Part shown: positions 58,139-64,000 of the stretch, piece after piece | Layout: each line of letters begins with the position of its first letter | Numbering within the stretch: the first letter of the stretch is position 1 | Origin: a virus | Taxonomy: Duplodnaviria; Caudoviricetes | Length of the DNA stretch: 64,000 nucleotides | Direction: 5' to 3' (one strand) | IMG/VR virus record: IMGVR_UViG_3300020598_000119 | Position numbers and translations under genes: made by a program | Notes under the pieces: model-generated | The model's input: only the letters and a program-made list of their open reading frames with translations | The model's database searches: none | Told to the model about the DNA's origin: nothing

Positions 58139-58408
58139 TTAGGATGACAATGGTGCCTTCTTAACCCATTCCAGACCAATTCTTTTTGCACAATCCACCC
58201 CAACCGGAAGCGTGCCGTAGTCTTCTCTATAGTCCGAGGGGACCAAATGCTCATCGTCAGGATGCACAAAGCTGCACCCGTCTACAAATCGCGCATAGAA
58301 TTTTGGCTCACCCTTAATATCCTTTTGGCAAACGCAGCAATAAACTTTGGTTTTTGGATCACGCCTAAAATCAGGGTCGACGAAGGTGGTGCGAAAAGGA
58401 TTTTCCAT
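58139..58408 (-). CDS. small Zn-binding hypothetical protein
   Basis: 'CCVCQK...PVGVDCAKRIG'. Confidence 0.5.
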   Translation of the reverse strand: MENPFRTTFVDPDFRRDPKTKVYCCVCQKDIKGEPKFYARFVDGCSFVHPDDEHLVPSDYREDYGTLPVGVDCAKRIGLEWVKKAPLSS

Positions 58409-58964
58409 ACCGCTCGTTTAAATAATATCAAATTGGGAGTCAAGCATTACCTTGATACAGATTGCCCAGCGATCTTTTGTCGATGACATTTATATCAACA
58501 GGAGAAGTTTTCTATGAGTCAAAAAAACACAAGATATAACTGACAGCAGCTTAAACTCAAGAAGTTTTCTAATGCCATCACTAAGCCATCAGATAACGAT
58601 GCTGTGATTTGAGAGAACAATCCCAAAGAAGACAGTTATGAAGAGCCAGCGACCTTTCTGTCGGAAAACACTGGCGGCTTGCGTTCAACGCATTCATGCT
58701 GATTGGAACAACTTTGGAACATTGAAATGAAAACTCAGCTTGTTTATCGCGATACAGGAAATATTCAAAACGGATTCAAAACGGTCATCACCGCTGGGTT
58801 TGCAGAGTTTCCTTTGGATGCCGAGTTGCCAGATGAAAAGAAAATCATCTCTTTGACAGATTGCTACTGCTTCGCTGCCCTTAGAAGTCGTCGACAGTTG
58901 GGGGCATAGCGATAACTATCAAGCGTACGGCATTGGAGATCTGCTAAGGCAATCGATCTGGAAT

Positions 58965-59570
58965 GTGCCAGCCACTCGCGGCTCACTTCAGAGATTTTTC
59001 CGTCGTACGAATGTAGAACCGTCGCGACCTGGTCTGGTCGTTATGGCTTTTGTTGGACTGACGGCATTCGCCCCTGACGATGAGATCGATGAAGACAATG
59101 TCTTCCAATTCCAATCCAATGGATTGGTTCAGGTCATAGAAGGGCGAATTGGCATCGAAGTGAAACCTGACTGGGGAACAGCTGGCTTTAAAGAACACAT
59201 GCGCGGGAACGCAATAAGCGCATTACTTCGCCGATGCACATGGGGCTTTGGTGATGAACCTGTCGGCCTGATGTCGGAGATGGCTCTCGGCATCAATGAA
59301 AATATGGATCGCTTTCGTGATCTAAAACTCGCAGACTCGATATCAGCTGACGAATGGGACGAATATCATAAGCTCGAAAAAGAACTGCAGCGACACGGCC
59401 TGGTCTCTCAATACGAGCAAGAAGAGTTTGTCGAGTTCTTGAAGAAGCGCCATGAACGAGGATTGGTGTTTCCGAGCACGCACCCAGTTACCCGAAACCA
59501 GCTCATGCAATCGGAAGAAGCCTCAACAGAGATCATGCGCGAAATTATGACTTCTAGCTTCAGGCCTTGA
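58965..59570 (+). CDS. hypothetical protein
   Basis: 201-aa ORF; start uncertain. Confidence 0.4.
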   Translation: MPATRGSLQRFFRRTNVEPSRPGLVVMAFVGLTAFAPDDEIDEDNVFQFQSNGLVQVIEGRIGIEVKPDWGTAGFKEHMRGNAISALLRRCTWGFGDEPVGLMSEMALGINENMDRFRDLKLADSISADEWDEYHKLEKELQRHGLVSQYEQEEFVEFLKKRHERGLVFPSTHPVTRNQLMQSEEASTEIMREIMTSSFRP

Positions 59571-59940
59571 TAGGCGAGTGCAGATGCTCGATTTGCAGTA
59601 GCGGCATTCGAATTCCTGCCGCCTCAAAGAGGTAGTCCTCTTCATCGAGACCGACATAGCCGAGGTTCACTCTTGCCTCGTCTGCGTTTGAGCCGATGGC
59701 ACTCAACTCAGGCTTTCCTGTCTCCTTTGAGCAAGGAAGTGATACGGGGAACAGGCCCTCATGGATGTCGCATCCAGTGATGAGTTCCGCTTCGACGCAA
59801 CCGATGAAATCCAAATCATCAAGCCGAATGCTTTCGAAGCAACCGTCCACAAACGGCTTCATAGCCTCATCCTCGTTGGAGCCGATGGCATTGAGGTAGA
59901 CCTCACCAGTGCGACGATCAAAAGGCACGCAAATTTTCAT
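59560..59940 (-). CDS. hypothetical protein with internal duplication
   Basis: 'P.DR.TGE.YL.AIGSN.DEA' recurs as 'PCSKETGKPELSAIGSNADEA'. Confidence 0.55.
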   Translation of the reverse strand: MKICVPFDRRTGEVYLNAIGSNEDEAMKPFVDGCFESIRLDDLDFIGCVEAELITGCDIHEGLFPVSLPCSKETGKPELSAIGSNADEARVNLGYVGLDEEDYLFEAAGIRMPLLQIEHLHSPIKA

Positions 59941-59958
59941 TGTTCCCCCTGTTGCTGC

Positions 59959-61020
59959 CTATCCAGCAAGCGAAGCCGTTTCGTTATGAAGCGCTGCGCC
60001 CGATTGATGGTAACCAGCTGCGACCTGAACCGTTTTATGTCGTGACAATGCCATAGCTTCGAGCAAGCTCTTTCCCTGAAGACCTACTTCAGTCAAGAAC
60101 CCTGAGCGCAGACTATGGCCAGCGTAAATTTCCGGATTGAGATCCGCCGCCTTAATGCGGGCTTTCACGATCAGAGCGACTGCGCGATCCGACAAAGGCT
60201 TCTTTGAAACGTAGCCATAGCGGCTCACAGACCGGAAGATCGGCCCTTTAGTGATATTGGCCGCCTTCAGCCAAGCACGAAGAGCCTCTGCTGCTCGGCC
60301 CGTAATCGGCACGGTACCGCCATCGCCTTCCTGCTCTGTCTTAGTGATCCCGAGATGATAGATGTAGGAGTCGCCGACTTCTTCGAGGTTGATCATCTCT
60401 GCTCCAACGATCTCGGAACGACGGCGTCCACCGCTTGACCACCCAAAGAGCAGCAATGCGGCGTCACGCAAATCCAGCATGCTTCCTGCTTCACAGGTCT
60501 CCAGCATCAGATCGAGCGTCTTTTTGATGACAGCCTTCTTTTTGTTCGGCCGCTCACCGCGACGAGCAGCTGCCTTTCGGGCCTTAGACAGAACTTGAGA
60601 GACAATCGGGTCCATAATCGGGCTAGGCAAGCCTTTCGTCTTGTGCAGCGCAGACAGAGCGGACACGCGGCGATCAATCGTATTCATCGCATGCTTGCCA
60701 GGCTTCGTCTTGACGCCGCGATCAATCAAATCCTGATCGATATCCTCGTCCAGCCCTTCCAGGTGGTCGACGACGAAACGTGCAACGACCTCAGGCGGCA
60801 CCGGATAGATGGGTTCATCGGTCCAGCCGATGGCCGAGCACCACGACCAAAAATATCGGAGATCCGATTCATAAGCTCGGCGCGTGTTTGGCGGAGTGCC
60901 ATCATCTATAACGCGACGCAGACGCTCGCGCGTACCCTGATCCAACACGAAACCCAACGAGCGCGACTGTTCAGACTGCGTCGTCGTAATTCCTTTCCCT
61001 GTTGAACCATAATTGGCCAT
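59959..61020 (-). CDS. tyrosine recombinase (Cre/resolvase-like)
   Basis: 'RDAALL..G..SGGRRRSE', 'TKT', 'GHSLRSGF', 'SRHK......Y'. Confidence 0.9.
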   Translation of the reverse strand: MANYGSTGKGITTTQSEQSRSLGFVLDQGTRERLRRVIDDGTPPNTRRAYESDLRYFWSWCSAIGWTDEPIYPVPPEVVARFVVDHLEGLDEDIDQDLIDRGVKTKPGKHAMNTIDRRVSALSALHKTKGLPSPIMDPIVSQVLSKARKAAARRGERPNKKKAVIKKTLDLMLETCEAGSMLDLRDAALLLFGWSSGGRRRSEIVGAEMINLEEVGDSYIYHLGITKTEQEGDGGTVPITGRAAEALRAWLKAANITKGPIFRSVSRYGYVSKKPLSDRAVALIVKARIKAADLNPEIYAGHSLRSGFLTEVGLQGKSLLEAMALSRHKTVQVAAGYHQSGAALHNETASLAG

Positions 61021-61171
61021 GCGAAGATGTCCGAATAAATAATTGTGAGGGCAATTATAAATTCAGTTTTAGCAAGGGCCAAAACGCCGAAGGAATTTAG
61101 ATTAAAACAGGATTTGTTGCCATGTCGCTTATCAAGCTCAATAATGAGAAATCTGAACTGGAGAAATTGCC

Positions 61172-62347
61172 TTGAAATTATTGAAAAGCACATTCCTAGC
61201 CGCTGCTATTGCGCTCACTGTTACTACCCAAGCTGGAGCCGATGATCGCATCGATTACGATGCCCTTTCCAATCAATACAACGGGAAAAGAGATTGGACA
61301 GTGCCAGAAGCTGGCAAATTTGGCCTTTCTACCTTTGCCTACCAAGACATGAATGGCAACGGCGTCTACGAGTTGGGAGACAAACCACTGGCTAACATCC
61401 CAGTAGCGTTGTTCGATGAGAGCGGGAACCTAATTGAGGTGAAGAAGACGAACGTTGACGGCTATGCGAATTTTTATGGGTCAACCTTTGAGGGCATGGA
61501 AAATGTCACCAGTATCAGAAAACCTGGCCGATACTCATTGAGACTTCTCGTTCCTGATCAATTTGACCTGACGACGGACACATTGATGCAAACTGTGGAA
61601 GTGATGCCTCTACAAGGCTCAATTGGTGGTCTGATTGCCAACAATGTGCCGAAAATATCGGGGTTCAAGCGCAAGCTCACCCTTGTTGGTCAAACCACCG
61701 CTATCGACGATCTATCGGTAAACGCGACGTCGCGAGACGGCAGCAAGCAGTCGGCGAAAATCGATGATAGAGGCCGATTTGAACTCCCTGTTACCAAGGG
61801 CACTTGGACGATCAAGTCCAAAGAGCGAACGATCACCGTCGACATCTCAGACACGCCTGTCCAGTTGGCGAAGACATTCGGAACCGAGTCGAAGCCCTCT
61901 CGGAATCCGACGACAACAGTCACCTTTGACGACATGATCCGCGATGAAGGCGTTCTCAAGATTCCTAACGGCTACGCGGGCCTCGACTGGGATAACTGGG
62001 TCATCACGCACAAGCACTTCTACAAGGGCGCAGGCTATAAGAACGGTGCCGTTTCAGGGGACTATGTCGTCTACAATAGCTCCGGGCACCCAGCATCGAT
62101 CTCGCGAACAGAGCCATTCGATTTCGTCGGCGGCTATTTCTCGGTTTCCTTCGATAGCGCAGAAGGTGAAGGCTTCGACGTCAAGGCCTATCGCGGCGAT
62201 CAGCTGGTCTACCATGATGTCATCGAGCTATCCCGTTTCGGCCCCGTACACTTCATGGCCGACTACCGAGGTATTACAAAGCTTGAGTTTTCCACGCAGC
62301 ACTACTGGCAGGGGATTGCGGACGACCTGCAATTCAGGCTTCCATAA
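61172..62347 (+). CDS. secreted protein with SdrD-B/prealbumin-like domains
   Basis: signal peptide, 'YQDMNGNGVYELGDKPL..I.V.L'. Confidence 0.65.
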   Translation: MKLLKSTFLAAAIALTVTTQAGADDRIDYDALSNQYNGKRDWTVPEAGKFGLSTFAYQDMNGNGVYELGDKPLANIPVALFDESGNLIEVKKTNVDGYANFYGSTFEGMENVTSIRKPGRYSLRLLVPDQFDLTTDTLMQTVEVMPLQGSIGGLIANNVPKISGFKRKLTLVGQTTAIDDLSVNATSRDGSKQSAKIDDRGRFELPVTKGTWTIKSKERTITVDISDTPVQLAKTFGTESKPSRNPTTTVTFDDMIRDEGVLKIPNGYAGLDWDNWVITHKHFYKGAGYKNGAVSGDYVVYNSSGHPASISRTEPFDFVGGYFSVSFDSAEGEGFDVKAYRGDQLVYHDVIELSRFGPVHFMADYRGITKLEFSTQHYWQGIADDLQFRLP

Positions 62348-62414
62348 AACAAGCCCGCCCGCTTGTCCCATTCATCCTCGGCCTCAATAGTGAAACAAAG
62401 CCGAGGATTTCGAC

Positions 62415-62849
62415 ATGTCTCCAGATGAATTCAGTGTCTTGAAAATCGCATCACAGGATCCAACCAAGCCGTCTGAAGGTGGCCCAGCGTTCGTTGAAGC
62501 TGTCGGCGATGACTCGAAGACGCTGCTCTACGGCTACACCTCAGATCGCAACACGCACCACGTCTATCAGGACGGCGGCCAGATTCATCTCGTCGTCTAC
62601 AATTTCCACAATGAGGTCATCAACCAGGTGAGCGACAACTCGCTTCCTCTGGCGGCCATCATGCCTGATAAGCGCCTTTTCGGAGAAGCCTGCGACTTCG
62701 CATTCTGCAAAGAGCTACAGGACTCTGGCGTGCGCCTACCGTTCACGAACTACAACTTCAGTTCCTACCAGAAGCACGAGGGCAAGGCCTTCATTGGTAA
62801 AACTCTTGAAGACCTTGGTGTTGAGATTAGCAGACCGTTCAATCCCTGA
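62415..62849 (+). CDS. hypothetical protein
   Basis: GAGGA RBS; 'KTLLYGYT.DR.T.HVY'. Confidence 0.6.
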   Translation: MSPDEFSVLKIASQDPTKPSEGGPAFVEAVGDDSKTLLYGYTSDRNTHHVYQDGGQIHLVVYNFHNEVINQVSDNSLPLAAIMPDKRLFGEACDFAFCKELQDSGVRLPFTNYNFSSYQKHEGKAFIGKTLEDLGVEISRPFNP

Positions 62850-62940
62850 ATATTAGTCGCGAAGCCCATGGGCATTCGAGATTGAGTGAGGGTATTTGTA
62901 ATTTGCGTTGAGAAAATGAAGGGGCCTTACGACCCCTTAT

Positions 62941-63246
62941 TTACTCTGCAGTAACCTGCTCTTCTGCCACTTTCAGCATATTCTCCATCTGAGCACGCAC
63001 ATCGGCTTCCGAGACGCCAAGATCGGCGACTACCTTGCGAAGTACGCCTACTCCGCCTGGAGCTTCGATGTCAGCAGCAACCACTTCGCCAGCATACGCG
63101 GTAGCGGCTTCACCTGACTTACCCAGCTTCTCAGCCGCCCACAGCCCCAGCAACTTGTTACGGCGTGCCGTGATACGGAAACGCAGGCCCTCGTCGTGGG
63201 CAAATTTGTTCTCAAAAGAATTACGTCGTTCGTCCAAACCGCTCAT
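62941..63246 (-). CDS. DUF1476 / F1Fo-ATPase inhibitor zeta subunit
   Basis: 'LDERRNSFENKFAHDE.LRF...ARRNKLLGLWAAEKLG'. Confidence 0.9.
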   Translation of the reverse strand: MSGLDERRNSFENKFAHDEGLRFRITARRNKLLGLWAAEKLGKSGEAATAYAGEVVAADIEAPGGVGVLRKVVADLGVSEADVRAQMENMLKVAEEQVTAE

Positions 63247-63816
63247 TAGTCCCTCATCGTTAATTTGACGTCGTGCAAACAAAGGAAGTTGCAGGCACGT
63301 TTAAATGATAATTCGCGCACCCATCGGTGACAACTGAATCATTTACCCAAAATAATGGACAAACCACCTTAAATCATAGTCAAACACCACTGCAATGAAC
63401 TTAACTACGATTAAGTTCAGAACCTTACGATGCCAATCATTAAATGCGACATCGAATTGGGCGCTGCTTCACTGCGATTTCGACCTATTTTCCGGCCGAA
63501 AACCATATTTACCATAATAACTTACCAACTACCGATAAGGAAGGTTATCGGAAGTCAGAAAAGGGGTGCTGCGTATCACGCCTATGGGGCTATACGGCAG
63601 CGACGTCAATATACAGGTTGCCTGATTATTCAATTCATATGATACTTGTGTAGTTAAAGGCGTTTAGCTTCATTACCATCCCTTTTATAGCGCTTGTTTT
63701 GTTTACAAATCGAGCGCTGGTCAACAGGGAGGCTGTTTTATTGGATGAGTGGTCAAACCGAATGCCTTTCAGACAACTGACTGGACGGGGATACGTATTT
63801 GAATCACAATTTTCAG

Positions 63817-64000
63817 ATGGAAGAATTAAAAGACCCGATTCCTGCGGATGATCGACGTGGCTTCATTGAAGCTGCGATGGCGATCACACGTCTTGATGAA
63901 GCTCAACGCCACTTACAGTTTAGCGATTTGATTTACGCCCCTGGAGCCAGACGCCGAGAAGCGATGGCGATTGCGGCTGTTGATGGCGCAATCGCGCGAA
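63817..64000 (+). CDS. partial ORF running off the window end
   Basis: MEELKDPIPADDRRGFIEAAMAITRLDE... open to the end. Confidence 0.4.
   Translation, partial: MEELKDPIPADDRRGFIEAAMAITRLDEAQRHLQFSDLIYAPGARRREAMAIAAVDGAIAR

Noticed and set aside
59959-61020. Integrase marking a prophage or ICE boundary
   Set aside because: No att-like tRNA-end duplication or phage structural genes were seen; it is more likely a plasmid resolvase.

Overview
This is a 64-kb segment of what is most likely a large conjugative plasmid (megaplasmid) of an alphaproteobacterium, probably rhizobial. Backbone genes include an IcmO/DotL/TrbC-type coupling protein, an IncA/C-like RepA preceded by about 17 iterons, a second divergent HTH replication-like gene with a putative antisense RNA, an AbiEi/AbiEii toxin-antitoxin pair, a strawberry-notch helicase, a Clp ATPase, methyltransferases and a tyrosine recombinase. 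It also carries chromosome-type genes: trpS, rpsU, lolA, ycbK, nhaP, ATPase zeta and DUF1127. The main finding is three separate tRNA operons: Phe/Arg at about 18.1-18.5 kb, Leu/Pro/His/Tyr at about 37.9-39.9 kb, and Ser/Gln at about 42.0-43.2 kb. Each is preceded by a short leader ORF, absent from the ORF track, whose run of control codons names exactly the amino acids of the downstream tRNAs (RRRF; LPHPPHLLPLPYL; QSSQQQSSQSSSSSS). Each leader overlaps an antiterminator/terminator pair, and trpS has a WW leader. The inference is a ribosome-mediated attenuation system that senses shortage of specific tRNAs and switches on matching back-up tRNA genes. The middle array also contains several non-canonical tRNA-like RNAs. 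All calls were made by eye without database searches.
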